Source: Rubripirellula sp. (GTDB lineage Bacteria > Planctomycetota > Planctomycetia > Pirellulales > Pirellulaceae). Taken from it: a stretch of DNA of 64,000 nucleotides. The position numbers were made by a program, and so were the translations under genes. Under the pieces are notes generated by a model, which saw nothing but the letters and a program-made list of their open reading frames with translations, was not told the DNA's origin and did no database searches. The stretch spans positions 6,752,001 through 6,816,000 of the forward strand of contig OZ244207.1 in the NCBI GenBank assembly GCA_965216875.1, given 5' to 3'. This document shows, one piece after another, positions 10,260 to 20,313 of this stretch. Positions within the stretch are counted from its first letter, which is position 1; each line of letters starts with the position of its first letter.

Positions 10260-10406
10260 GGCTGAATCCTTTCGACGAATGTCTTGTCCATTCCTTCGGG
10301 AGACATTTCATTGCGGGGGCAAAACGTCAAACGAGGCTATACACGTCAGGGCGAGTTGGCGGCAAGATCGTTTGACGAATCGCGCAGGTCGCAAAAGCCG
10401 TTTTCG

Positions 10407-10479
10407 GTAGTGGACGAGGCTACGAGTCCCGTCTTCTGCTCTTTCGCGACGCCCTGGGGCTTGAGGCCTCGTCCACTAC
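10407..10479. repeat. GTAG-type REP inverted doublet (family B)
   Basis: gtagtggacgaggctacgagtcc with inverted copy ending gcctcgtccactac; same unit at 60212-60357. Confidence 0.85.
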
Positions 10480-10565
10480 AGAAACGGGTCGTCTCGACGA
10501 CAGCTGTTGTCAATTTGATTGCGGCCGCAAACCCTTTTGAGGCGAGAAAAGGGGCAAATGGCGTT

Positions 10566-10581
10566 TGGCATCGAGATTGCA
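10566..10581 (+). promoter_or_regulatory. putative sigma-54 (-24/-12) promoter
   Basis: TGGCATCGAGATTGCA gives exact GG-N10-GC spacing, about 57 bp upstream of ATG 10638. Confidence 0.7.
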
Positions 10582-10637
10582 TCCCTTGAAAAGAAGTTTG
10601 CTCGATTGCCCGATCGCCTCGCCGCACGGAACGACCG

Positions 10638-11264
10638 ATGACCCAAAAACAATTGCTAGCATCTTTGGCTTTCACGCTGGTCGCTACTTGGGGACAGGCA
10701 CCGACATGGGGACAGGCACCTGAGGGTCAGGTGGTTTCCAAGCAGGTGGTGGGTCCGCTTCCGGAGCTGGCACCGCTTGGCTTCAGTACGGGCCAGCGAG
10801 CACAGATAGCGGCCCTGGCCGATTCAGCACGCCGCGGGCGAGCCGATGAACATTTGGGCGCCCGGCCATTTCGTGCCAGCGAATCGTTACGTCGACGGGC
10901 GGACGAGTATCGCTGTGCAGTTGACGCGTTCGCGAGTCGAGCGTGTCGGTTGCCGCTGGACATTCGCACGCGGTACCAGCTCGACGCGCTCCGGCATTCC
11001 GCCGAGCACCTTGTTGCCGCGTCGCGCGACACCGATCGATTGGACCGAGCACTGATTGTTTGGCGCGAAATCGAGATCCTTCATCCGCTGGTCGAAGAAT
11101 CGGTCTCGGCGATCTACCGAACGCAGTTCCAGGACATCGAACTGGAGCGTCGTTGGGTCGTTTGCGATCAAAAAGCACTCGCCTTCAAAGCCAAGTTCCT
11201 TTTGGCACTCGGCAAGCAGCTGCACCATCCCTCGTCCGTGCTTCGGTACAAGGTCTCGCGCTGA
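10638..11264 (+). CDS. secreted hypothetical protein
   Basis: signal peptide with duplicated TWGQAP; helical mature part. Confidence 0.65.
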   Translation: MTQKQLLASLAFTLVATWGQAPTWGQAPEGQVVSKQVVGPLPELAPLGFSTGQRAQIAALADSARRGRADEHLGARPFRASESLRRRADEYRCAVDAFASRACRLPLDIRTRYQLDALRHSAEHLVAASRDTDRLDRALIVWREIEILHPLVEESVSAIYRTQFQDIELERRWVVCDQKALAFKAKFLLALGKQLHHPSSVLRYKVSR

Positions 11265-11464
11265 TCACGGTCCGGGCGGATCGTTTCCTTTGCCGAGCTG
11301 GCTTTTCCTTAATCGGGCTTTCCCTCGATCCGGCGCCCCGTCGAGGTCGGCGCTTGGCCTGAAAGTAAATGCGTTTGTCGGTGCGCTGCCCTTGCCGGGA
11401 AGAATCGTCTCCGCGAGGGCCAGCGCACTCGATGACGTTGTTTCAGGAGCTACGGCCTAGGTGA

Positions 11465-11600
11465 AGTGCCTGCCCAGGTTAACCCGCGCTTCAACAAACA
11501 CCCTCCCGCTTGCGGGAGGGTCGGACGCAAAGTCCGGGGAGGGAATCATCCATACAAACCCTCTCAGGGCCTTCGAGCCCGACTTTCCCAAGGGAGCGTG
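11465..11600 (+). repeat. multi-hairpin REP/MITE-like element (family A), copy 1
   Basis: ccctcccgcttgcgggagggtcggacgcaaagtccggggaggg...gggccttcgagcccgactttcccaagggag; four copies in the window. Confidence 0.9.
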
Positions 11601-11787
11601 GTTAAACGCAAATTCGATGTGACAAAAAGTTTGACGTGCCTTTCGAAAAACCGTACGATCAGAAAAGTCAGAATGTCTTATTCGCTGTTGATTCGTCCAT
11701 TTTTCCTGTGAATTGCGACTCAAAACGGCCACTGGACGAGCCTCCATGGGCTGTTTCTTTTCCGCTTCCCAAATCGGGTGAATTGAA

Positions 11788-13095
11788 ATGAACGCTTCGT
11801 TTTCTCAGACGTCTTTTGGTTCCCAGCCTCCCAACAGGCGGCGACGAGTGGTTTTCTGTGTCCTCCTCGTCGCGTCAGTCGCCGGCGGTTGGACTTGGAT
11901 GCGGGACCGTGGTCCATCGACCGAAGACATTGCCGCCGGCCGCACCCTGTTTATGCATGAGTGGCAACCGAATGATCCCCTTTCGGGCGAAGGCGACGGT
12001 CTTGGTCCGGTCTTTAACGGCAAGTCGTGTGTCAGCTGTCACTCGCAAGGTGGCGTTGGCGGCAGCGGTGGGATCGACCACAGCGTACTGACGTTTGAAG
12101 TGGACCCCAGCAGCGAACGGACGGAAGTCGTCTCGCACGTCGTGCATTCGCAAGCGACTTCGCCTGAATACCAAGAGACGACCGACACCGTTTCGCAGCT
12201 GTTTCCGATTATCCCCGGCGGCGTGCGCGTGATCGGTGGATGTTCGGTGAGCTTGAGCGATCACAATCCAGTGATTTTCCAACGCATCAATTCGCCCGCC
12301 CTGTTTGGTGCAGGTGTGTTGGACGATGTTTCTGAGATGACGTTGGTGATGCACAACACGCGACGGTTCGGCGAACGTGTGTCGGACGAGTTCAGGGGCG
12401 ATTTCAATCACAACGGGCATGGGTTTGCGAGATCCCACTTTGGCGGAAAGATCGGCAAGTTTGGTTGGAAGGGCCAGCATGCAACGCTCGAAGATTTCGT
12501 AGCCGCCGCGTGTGCGATGGAGCTTGGATTGAGCAATCCTCAAAAGCGTCAGCCGCTACCGCTTCTGCATGACGAAGACAAAGATGCCGAACTTGACATG
12601 ACGCGTGAGCAATTAGATCAATTGGTCTCGTTTGTACGTAGCTTACCTGCACCAAAGCAGATCTTGCCCGACGAACCACTCGCGCGGGAACGAGCGATGG
12701 AAGGCCAGCACCTTTTCCATCAGGCGCGTTGCACCGATTGCCATGTCGAAGACCTAGGCGAAGCCAAGATGGTTTACACCGACTTCCAGCTCTATTCGCT
12801 CGAGCGTCGTGAACTGCGCGGTGGCGCGTACGGTGTTCGTGAGGACCTTGAGTTCGATCGGCCGTTGAACGTGCCACGTCCCGACGACTGGAAGACACCG
12901 CCGCTGTGGGGTGTTGCTGACTCGGCACCCTATTTCCACGACGGTTCGGCGGTCACATTGTCCGACGCCATCAACCGTCACTTTGGCGACGCACGCCATT
13001 CGCTGCGTCTGTACAAAGCATTCAGCAAGGACGAGCGCGCGATGGTGGTCGAGTTTCTCGAGACGCTGAAAGCGCCGCAGATGAATCAGGGTTAG
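11788..13095 (+). CDS. di-heme oxidoreductase family protein (DUF1111/DHOR-like)
   Basis: GDGLGPVFN, CVSCH, GKFGWKG, CTDCH, KTPPLWG, YFHDG. Confidence 0.88.
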   Translation: MNASFSQTSFGSQPPNRRRRVVFCVLLVASVAGGWTWMRDRGPSTEDIAAGRTLFMHEWQPNDPLSGEGDGLGPVFNGKSCVSCHSQGGVGGSGGIDHSVLTFEVDPSSERTEVVSHVVHSQATSPEYQETTDTVSQLFPIIPGGVRVIGGCSVSLSDHNPVIFQRINSPALFGAGVLDDVSEMTLVMHNTRRFGERVSDEFRGDFNHNGHGFARSHFGGKIGKFGWKGQHATLEDFVAAACAMELGLSNPQKRQPLPLLHDEDKDAELDMTREQLDQLVSFVRSLPAPKQILPDEPLARERAMEGQHLFHQARCTDCHVEDLGEAKMVYTDFQLYSLERRELRGGAYGVREDLEFDRPLNVPRPDDWKTPPLWGVADSAPYFHDGSAVTLSDAINRHFGDARHSLRLYKAFSKDERAMVVEFLETLKAPQMNQG

Positions 13096-13106
13096 CCCAG
13101 CGGCAT

Positions 13107-14525
13107 TCAACTGACCAGCTTTTTCACGACGTGACCGTGCACGTCGGTCAACCTGAACGGGCGACCGGCGTGTGTGAACGTTAACCGCTGGTGATCGATG
13201 CCGAGTTGGTGCAAGAGGGTGGCTTGGATGTCATGCACATGAATCGGATCGGCGATGGGGTGGAAACCAAGTTCATCGGTGGCACCGATGGTTTGTCCGG
13301 CACGAATGCCACCGCCCGCCATCCACATGGTGAACGCTTGTGGGTGATGGTCACGGCCCTGGCTACGTCCGAGTGCCGCGCTCGCTTCGACCATGGGTGT
13401 GCGGCCAAACTCGCCACCCCAAACAACAAGAGTGTCATCGAGCATCCCGCGTCGTTTGAGGTCTTTCAGTAGCGCCGCAGTCGCTTGGTCGGTTTGCCCG
13501 CACTGCCCTTTCACACCGCCAGCAACGTTGCTGTGGTGGTCCCAGCCGGAGTGGTACAGTTGAATGAAACGCACGCCGCGTTCAGCCAGACGGCGGGCGA
13601 GTAAGCAGTTTTTTGCATACGAACCTTTGTCGTCTTTCTTCAAGCCGTACATGTCGAGTGTGGCTTGGTCTTCGCCGGAAAAGTCCATCAACTCGGGCGC
13701 ACGCGCCTGCATGCGGTAGGCCATCTCGTAGGAATCCATCCGCGTCTTGATGTCGTCGACACCGGTGCTTTCAAGTCGTTGCGAGTTGAGGTTGGCAACC
13801 AAATCGATGGTTTGTCGCTGAGTTGCGCGATCGATCCCTGGCGGGTTGGCGACATTCAAGATCGGGTCGCCGCTGCTGCGAAAGGGGACGCCTTGATGTT
13901 CGCCTGGCAAGAAACCGGCTGACCACATCGATGCTCCGCCCGACAAACTTCCGTTGCTCTTGAGAACGACGAATGCGGGCAAGTCGTTGGCTTCGCTGCC
14001 AATCCCATAGCTCAGCCAAGCGCCCATTGCAGGTCTGCCTGGGATCGGGCTGCCGGTGTTGACAAAGATCTGGGCGGGTGAGTGATTGAATTGGTCGGTG
14101 TGGACGCTCTTGATGATCGCGATGTCGTCGACAACGCTTGCAAGGTGCGGCATGATGTCGGCCACTTCGGCACCGCTGCTTCCGTGACGTGCGAACTTGA
14201 ACTGCGGTGCGAGAACGGCAGCGTCGGGTTGGATAAACGCGTAGCGTTGGCCTGCGATTACCGACGGCGGAATGGGTTTGCCCGCCATCTCTTCAAGCTT
14301 GGGTTTGTAATCGAAGAGTTCAAGTTGGCTCGGCGCACCTGCCATAAACAAATAAATCACCCGTTTGACTTTGGCCGGGTGATGAAGCCCGTCAAGTACC
14401 GCCTCGCTACCAAAGGCCGGTCGACCGGTGAGCTGGTCCATGCAAAGCGACGCAAGTGCTACCTTTCCCAGACCGACCCCGCAGGTTTGGAATAGCTGTC
14501 GCCGAGTGATGTGTTGAAGTGTCAT
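13107..14525 (-). CDS. DUF1501 domain protein (Tat signal)
   Basis: TRRQLF Tat-like motif, VIYLFMAGAPSQLELFDYKP, WGGEFGRTP, GRDHHP, FRLTDVHG. Confidence 0.93.
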   Translation of the reverse strand: MTLQHITRRQLFQTCGVGLGKVALASLCMDQLTGRPAFGSEAVLDGLHHPAKVKRVIYLFMAGAPSQLELFDYKPKLEEMAGKPIPPSVIAGQRYAFIQPDAAVLAPQFKFARHGSSGAEVADIMPHLASVVDDIAIIKSVHTDQFNHSPAQIFVNTGSPIPGRPAMGAWLSYGIGSEANDLPAFVVLKSNGSLSGGASMWSAGFLPGEHQGVPFRSSGDPILNVANPPGIDRATQRQTIDLVANLNSQRLESTGVDDIKTRMDSYEMAYRMQARAPELMDFSGEDQATLDMYGLKKDDKGSYAKNCLLARRLAERGVRFIQLYHSGWDHHSNVAGGVKGQCGQTDQATAALLKDLKRRGMLDDTLVVWGGEFGRTPMVEASAALGRSQGRDHHPQAFTMWMAGGGIRAGQTIGATDELGFHPIADPIHVHDIQATLLHQLGIDHQRLTFTHAGRPFRLTDVHGHVVKKLVS

Positions 14526-14575
14526 TTGGATCGTTTTTTGCTGCAAGATGAAGGGTCGATTGTGAGACAATGACG

Positions 14576-15007
14576 TCAGCGTATGATTCCAAATAGCCAT
14601 GACGCCCATTGGATCAAGCCAGTAACGAAGCAACCAATGAGCATGAGGCCAACCAGAGCGCAACCGGCGATCGAAAGCGAATCGCGAATGGGTGTGTCTC
14701 GAAATTCTTCCGGTGGCGAGCGATCAAAGTCGATCGACTCGACGCGTGAGATCACAAACAACTCGAGATCGTAGGGAGCTTCGTTCACTTGGTTCAAGTT
14801 AGGCAGCGGGATGGCCACATCGCGACGACCTGGGGGAATCGGAGTCACAACAAGACGCAGCAGGGCCGCCGCCAACGCAATACAACCATCCCGATCGACA
14901 AGCAGCCATGGCCAGGGTTTGCCGTGCGTGATTCTCGATTCGCCTTCGCGGTCTTGAAGGTACGCGTAAAGCCTATCGGACATCTGTTTGAAATCGTCAT
15001 CGTTCAT
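14576..15007 (-). CDS. hypothetical protein with C-terminal TM helix
   Basis: 143-aa ORF overlapping the upstream stop (ATGA); C-terminal hydrophobic helix. Confidence 0.65.
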   Translation of the reverse strand: MNDDDFKQMSDRLYAYLQDREGESRITHGKPWPWLLVDRDGCIALAAALLRLVVTPIPPGRRDVAIPLPNLNQVNEAPYDLELFVISRVESIDFDRSPPEEFRDTPIRDSLSIAGCALVGLMLIGCFVTGLIQWASWLFGIIR

Positions 15008-15741
15008 GATGCGTCTTCCTTGTCAGCGGATTCACCACGTTTGGAAATGGCCACAAACATGGTGGCGACCGCAAACGACATAACGGCTCCTTGAAACATG
15101 AAATCGCTTCGCAATGTGCCACTGACGCCTGCTGCCAACATGCTCGGTTCGATGAAGCTGTGGTTGGCCCAAACCTGAGCAAACGCGCGTATCGATACCT
15201 GGTTCCAAACAACCATCAGCAGGAGAAAAACGAAACTGATCACACTGACCGTGACGGCGGTTCGTGAAACCCTCGCTTCGGTTTTGGCCATCATGGATGC
15301 GACAGCGACAATCACCGAGGCAACAATAAGCAGGCCGCCGCCGATGATCACCAGGGGGTCGGCAAGCTGAAAGGAGCTCAGGAACGATTCGGGGTCAATG
15401 AGTTCTGACATGGCCAAGTCGCGAAACGCCAGCATCATCATCACGTTCGCCAGGAGAGAGGCGACGGCCGAAAGGAACATCAAAACGGCGCCGACGCCCA
15501 GCATCATTCGTTGCGACCTGTCGCCTTTTCGATTCACCAGAGTCAGTGCCACCATCGCCAAGCCAAACAAAACGGCGCCAACGCCACCCACGGGAGCAAG
15601 CGATGTGACATCGGAGGGTTGGGAATCGGGGTCCAAGCCGATACCGATTTCGGACATCATTCGAAACGGGACCAGCGACGAAAACACCAGCATCAACGCG
15701 CAACCAATGGGCGCTAAGCACACGATTCTTTGTTTGGTCAT
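15004..15741 (-). CDS. six-TM membrane protein with repeated hairpins
   Basis: six hydrophobic segments; loops of the type F-x(8-10)-[DE]P. Confidence 0.75.
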   Translation of the reverse strand: MTKQRIVCLAPIGCALMLVFSSLVPFRMMSEIGIGLDPDSQPSDVTSLAPVGGVGAVLFGLAMVALTLVNRKGDRSQRMMLGVGAVLMFLSAVASLLANVMMMLAFRDLAMSELIDPESFLSSFQLADPLVIIGGGLLIVASVIVAVASMMAKTEARVSRTAVTVSVISFVFLLLMVVWNQVSIRAFAQVWANHSFIEPSMLAAGVSGTLRSDFMFQGAVMSFAVATMFVAISKRGESADKEDAS

Positions 15742-15753
15742 GTTGATCGTGCC

Positions 15754-18700
15754 CTAAGGAGTCGTGATGGCTTCGTCGGTATTCATGAGGGCACGCGCGA
15801 CAAGCATCCACGGATTCTTGTGGTCTTGATGTTGATGGTAAAACGCGACGATCGGATCGAGCTCTTCGGCGCTGGGAGTGCGAACGAGAACTTGGCGAAA
15901 CATCCGAGTTGCAATCGTTTTGGGCGATGCGTCGGCATCACAGTGGCGTAGGACCGATTCGGCCATTCCATGAGCAATTTCGATGTACATCGCATCGTTC
16001 ATCAAAGTGAGAGCTTGCAGTGGTGTCGTGCTGCGATCACGTCGGGCAATACACAGTTCACCGGTGGGTCCATCAAAGGTTGTGAAGGCCGCAAAGGGCG
16101 CGGTCCGTTTGCTGAAGGTGTAGAGCGACCGACGATAGCGGTCGGCGCCTTGGGAGACTTGCCATTTGGGACTGCCGTAAGCAAGCTGCGTCACCGATGC
16201 TGGCTGGGGCGGGTAAACCGAAGCGCCACCCACTTTTCGGGTCAGCATTTCCGACGCCGACAGAAGTGCGTCGCGAATCCGTTCGGCATCGTAGCGGCGG
16301 TGTGGAAAACGCGACAGCAAACGATTGGCGGGATCGATTTCAGCTCCCGAGCTGATCGCATGTTGGCCGCCCGATGGTCGGCCGATTGATTGTTGATAGA
16401 CGGATGACAAAACGATCTGGCGATGCAACCGTTTCAATGACCATCCGTGCTTGCGAAGGTCAACGGCCAACCAATCAAGCAACTCGGGGTGCGACGGCGG
16501 TTCGCTTTGCGTCCCAAAATCCCCGGCGGTACGAACGATTCCGCTGCCAAAGAACTCACGCCATGCCCGATTGGCGGTGACACGCGCGACCAATGGATTG
16601 CGATCACTGACAAGCCATTTTGCCAGCGAGAGCCGGTCGCTTGGCAGCGAGGCATCGATCGGCGGAAACACGGCCGGGACGGCAGCCGCGACCACTTCTT
16701 TGGCTTTCAGGTATTCACCACGGTGGTGTCGACGCGTGACGCGGTGGTCGGCCGGATCGCGTTGTTGCAGACCGAGCGTGCGGACGGGTTTGGGAATTTG
16801 CTTTTTGAACGCTTCGATCGGTTTGCGTTCGGACTTGAACTTTGGCGAGGTCTGTACAAAGTGTCGACGTAGTCCCTCGAAGATGTCGTCCGAAGCGATG
16901 GGATCGGCGCCCGTTTTTGCGACCGCATTGATCTGTTCGTCCAGTTCCTGGGGCAACTTCATTGCGGTCGTCGGTTCACCAGCCGTGACGGCGATTCGGA
17001 AATGACCAAGCGCGGCGGCGAAGTGACGCTCGAACAACAGTTCGACTTCGACCGTGTGTTTACCGGCGATCGGCTCAGCAAAGTTGACGACCAAGCGGCT
17101 GGCTTGGCCTTCCTTGTCCGACGTGGACCAACCGGTTGAGCCTTCGCCATCAATGACGTTCGCGGCGTCTGCTTTGCCCGACCCAACACTGATCTTTCCG
17201 TAACTGTGCGATGGGTGCTCGAGTTGGATGAGTTCTCCGTCAACGCGAATCACCAATTCGCTTAGGAAGAAATCGCCGCGTCGGCCTTCGTAAAACGCCA
17301 TCCCTGGACCGCCGGCAGGCAGCGAGTCGTGTGGGAGTGCTTCCAGGCGCAGTGCTGAGAGGGGTTCTTGGGCATCGACATCGAACGACAGTTTGAAGAC
17401 ATCCCGTTTGGTCACATCGCCGCTGGCAAGGATCGAGTCATCGTCGAGCAGAGTGAGCTTGGGCATCGTGGATGTCATCTCGGATGGTCGCAGCGTATTC
17501 CAAACGCGAATCAGCCTTGCTTGTTCGTCGATCCATTTAGCGAATGCCTGGTGAAGCGGGTCGTCACTGTTGGTGCGTGCATCGTCGAGCGTTTTGGGGA
17601 GTCGGCTGGCCAACCGGTCGACTTCGTTCTCGATCTTTTGCTCTAGCTCACGTTGAGTTTGTTCGGCGACCGGATCAGGAACCACGACATCGGGTTCGTC
17701 TGCATTGTTGAGCAGCGCGAACAGGGCGTAGTAGTCGGTGTGGGTGATTGGATCGTATTTGTGCGTGTGACACTGGGCGCATCCAGTGGTCAAGCCAAGC
17801 CACACCGTGCCGGTGGTGGCGACTCGGTCGACCATGGCATAGAAGCGGTACTCGTTGGGGTCGATGCCACCCTCTTCGTTGATCATCGTGTTGCGATGAA
17901 AGCCGGTTGCGATTCGGCTGGCGGCAGTTGCATCACGCAACATATCGCCCGCGAGTTGATGAATCGAAAACTGATCAAAGGGCATGTCGCTTGCGAGTGC
18001 GCGGATGACCCAGTCGCGATAGGGCCAAATGGTTCGCGGACGATCCTTTTCATAACCGTTTGTGTCGGCGTAGCGCGCCAGATCGAGCCATGGACGTGCG
18101 AATCGTTCGGCGTATTCGGGCGACGCGAGTAACTGATCAACAAGTCGACGATAAGCCATCGGGTGATCGTCGTTGACAAACCGGTCCACTTCTTCGGGCG
18201 TTGGGGTGATTCCCACCAGGTCCATGTACACGCGGCGAATGAGCTGTGTCTTGTTGGCCGGTTTGGCTGGCTCGAGTTTCGCTGAGGCTAAGCGATTGGC
18301 AACGAAGCGATCAATTGGTCCCCGACACCAATCGTCCGCAACAAGGTTGGGAATCGCAGGCGACCTTGGCGGCAAAAACGCCCAGTGCGTTTGGTATTCG
18401 GCACCACTGTTGATCCAACGTTTGAGGATGTCGATTTCTTTTGCGCTCAGTGGCGGATGCGAGTCGGCCGGCGGCATCCGCATCGATTCGTCGTCGCTCG
18501 TGACCCGTGCAAACACTTCGCTTGAATCGGCGTCACCCGGTTGCAGCAGATCACGCGCGTCCTCGGCGGCAATGTCCAGACGCAGGTCGGCTTCGCGTGC
18601 GTCACCGTCGGGGCCGTGACAGGTGAAGCAGTGTTTGGCAAGGATCGGACGTACTTCGCGGCCAAAACTGGGCGGGGCAGCAGTCTGCCCGAGCGTGGGC

Positions 18701-18777
18701 GGGTCCGCTGCGTGGCCGAGCGTGGGAAGCGTCACCATCAGGGCAACGGCGAACGAAAAGAGCGACAGGTGACGCAT
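15754..18777 (-). CDS. PSD1 / planctomycete cytochrome c domain protein (PSCyt1, DUF1549, DUF1553)
   Basis: HCFTCHG, RMPP, HWAF, WLDLARYADTNG, GCAQCHTHKYDP, PSHPELLDWLA, TPLQAL. Confidence 0.93.
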   Translation of the reverse strand: MRHLSLFSFAVALMVTLPTLGHAADPPTLGQTAAPPSFGREVRPILAKHCFTCHGPDGDAREADLRLDIAAEDARDLLQPGDADSSEVFARVTSDDESMRMPPADSHPPLSAKEIDILKRWINSGAEYQTHWAFLPPRSPAIPNLVADDWCRGPIDRFVANRLASAKLEPAKPANKTQLIRRVYMDLVGITPTPEEVDRFVNDDHPMAYRRLVDQLLASPEYAERFARPWLDLARYADTNGYEKDRPRTIWPYRDWVIRALASDMPFDQFSIHQLAGDMLRDATAASRIATGFHRNTMINEEGGIDPNEYRFYAMVDRVATTGTVWLGLTTGCAQCHTHKYDPITHTDYYALFALLNNADEPDVVVPDPVAEQTQRELEQKIENEVDRLASRLPKTLDDARTNSDDPLHQAFAKWIDEQARLIRVWNTLRPSEMTSTMPKLTLLDDDSILASGDVTKRDVFKLSFDVDAQEPLSALRLEALPHDSLPAGGPGMAFYEGRRGDFFLSELVIRVDGELIQLEHPSHSYGKISVGSGKADAANVIDGEGSTGWSTSDKEGQASRLVVNFAEPIAGKHTVEVELLFERHFAAALGHFRIAVTAGEPTTAMKLPQELDEQINAVAKTGADPIASDDIFEGLRRHFVQTSPKFKSERKPIEAFKKQIPKPVRTLGLQQRDPADHRVTRRHHRGEYLKAKEVVAAAVPAVFPPIDASLPSDRLSLAKWLVSDRNPLVARVTANRAWREFFGSGIVRTAGDFGTQSEPPSHPELLDWLAVDLRKHGWSLKRLHRQIVLSSVYQQSIGRPSGGQHAISSGAEIDPANRLLSRFPHRRYDAERIRDALLSASEMLTRKVGGASVYPPQPASVTQLAYGSPKWQVSQGADRYRRSLYTFSKRTAPFAAFTTFDGPTGELCIARRDRSTTPLQALTLMNDAMYIEIAHGMAESVLRHCDADASPKTIATRMFRQVLVRTPSAEELDPIVAFYHQHQDHKNPWMLVARALMNTDEAITTP

Positions 18778-18882
18778 ACGGTGGAAAACTACCGGCGGAA
18801 AGGGGCGAGAGCGTTGAGGCGGGACTCCCATTCTAGCCGCTCGGAGCACGTTGGTCCGAAAAGAATGGAACGAGATATTCTT

Positions 18883-18962
18883 GTGAGCCGAACGCGCTAG
18901 CGTCGGGCCCTACACTCTTTGTTTGCAACCCGTTCGTAGCCCCGAGCTTTAGCCGGAATCTT
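18883..18962. repeat. REP-like units (family E arm plus the gtagccccgagctttagccggaatc unit)
   Basis: gtgagccgaacgcgctagcgtcgggccct matches 41872-41900; ttcgtagccccgagctttagccggaatctt matches 21765-21794. Confidence 0.75.
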
Positions 18963-18989
18963 TCTACAGTTGGGCTCATTCTTGCGGCA

Positions 18990-19958
18990 CTAGTTCTGTG
19001 CTTGTCTGGCCTCGACGGCGCCGCCGTAGATCTCGTGTGCCACCAAGGTGATCATCCCGAAGATCAAAGGCAGGATGTAATAAAGAATGCGGAAGATCAG
19101 CACCGAGGCGACGATTGCACCGCCCACCTGGTCGCGCAGCAGCGCGATGATGATCACCTCGAGTACACCAAGTCCACCGGGAACCTGAGTGACAAGCGAG
19201 ATGGCAATTGCGATCAGGTAAGCGGCCAAGACCGTCGGGAAGGTGACCGCGGCGTCGGCTGGCATCACCAAATAGAGTGCGGTTGCGGAGATCAAAAGGT
19301 CGACCGCCGCTACCGACGCTTGGACGGACATCAATCCGGGATCAGGCGGCAGCAGATGCAGTTCGCCGATCGGCCACGGCTTTCGCCAAACGGCACAGAT
19401 GACGGCGTAGCCAATCGCCAGCGACAATAGAATCACGCCGAGTGTTTTCGCACCAAAGGGAATCGTGATCTGGGCACCGGCGGGAAGGTTCAAGACTTCG
19501 GGCAGTTCAAAGGGAACGCTGACCAGCACGATTCCGCCCAGGAACCAAACACCGCTCCAAAAGGTCAGGCCGAGCGCTGAGATAAGCACGACGATTTGAC
19601 GAGCTTTGAGTCCCCAGCGGCTGTAAAAACGAAACCGTATTGGTGTTCCCGCCAAGAACGTGCCGAGGTTGTTGCCGAGTGAAAAACCAAGAAACGACAC
19701 CAGGGCAACTCGTCGCAGCGGTAACGATCGGCAGACGTATCGAAGCGCCAACAGGTCGTAGGCGATCAAGAGCCCATAGTTGAGGGCGATCAAGAATGCG
19801 GCGGTCGCCAAACACCCGATGGGCACGCCGGTTAGTCCCCGTTTGAATTCGTCCATGTCGATCTGCTGCACCTCGCGATACAACAGATGCATCGCCAGTG
19901 CGAAAAAGACGACGGCCAAAGCGGGGCCAGCCAGCGCACGTAACTTTCGTTTGGCCAA
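18990..19958 (-). CDS. MprF-flippase-like / lysylphosphatidylglycerol synthase TM-domain protein (stand-alone)
   Basis: YDLLALRY, GNNLG, RFRFYSRWG, VPGGLGVLE, FRILYYILP; no cytosolic synthase domain. Confidence 0.85.
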   Translation of the reverse strand: MAKRKLRALAGPALAVVFFALAMHLLYREVQQIDMDEFKRGLTGVPIGCLATAAFLIALNYGLLIAYDLLALRYVCRSLPLRRVALVSFLGFSLGNNLGTFLAGTPIRFRFYSRWGLKARQIVVLISALGLTFWSGVWFLGGIVLVSVPFELPEVLNLPAGAQITIPFGAKTLGVILLSLAIGYAVICAVWRKPWPIGELHLLPPDPGLMSVQASVAAVDLLISATALYLVMPADAAVTFPTVLAAYLIAIAISLVTQVPGGLGVLEVIIIALLRDQVGGAIVASVLIFRILYYILPLIFGMITLVAHEIYGGAVEARQAQN

Positions 19959-20313
19959 TGCTAATTCACGAAATGGGGAACGGTTCAGGCCTCAAGCGCC
20001 GATGCTCAGGCAGGGTGTGGACCGGGTTCGAGGTCTTTTGGCTCGAAACGTCCTCAGGGACCTTAGGTGTTCGGGCAGCTGTGAGTTTTGATGCCGCACG
20101 TTTGGGGCGTATTCTCGACTTCTTGGCCCAATCGGCAAGCGGTGACCGAATCGCCCTGTTTTTACCCTGCTAGTCGAACCGGCCATTTTGCACGAAAACT
20201 ACACCTGCATCAGGCTCAAAGAGCCTTCCGATGCCGTATTCGTCGGCCCATTTTGAAAATGGGCCGATCATCACGGGTCCATCTTCGCACATCATTTTTC
20301 AAACGTTATCGAC

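Noticed and set aside
11521..11540. GGACGCAAAG resembling part of a c-di-GMP-I riboswitch
   Set aside because: It is a hairpin of the family A repeat; the other riboswitch elements are absent and copy 2 lacks the motif
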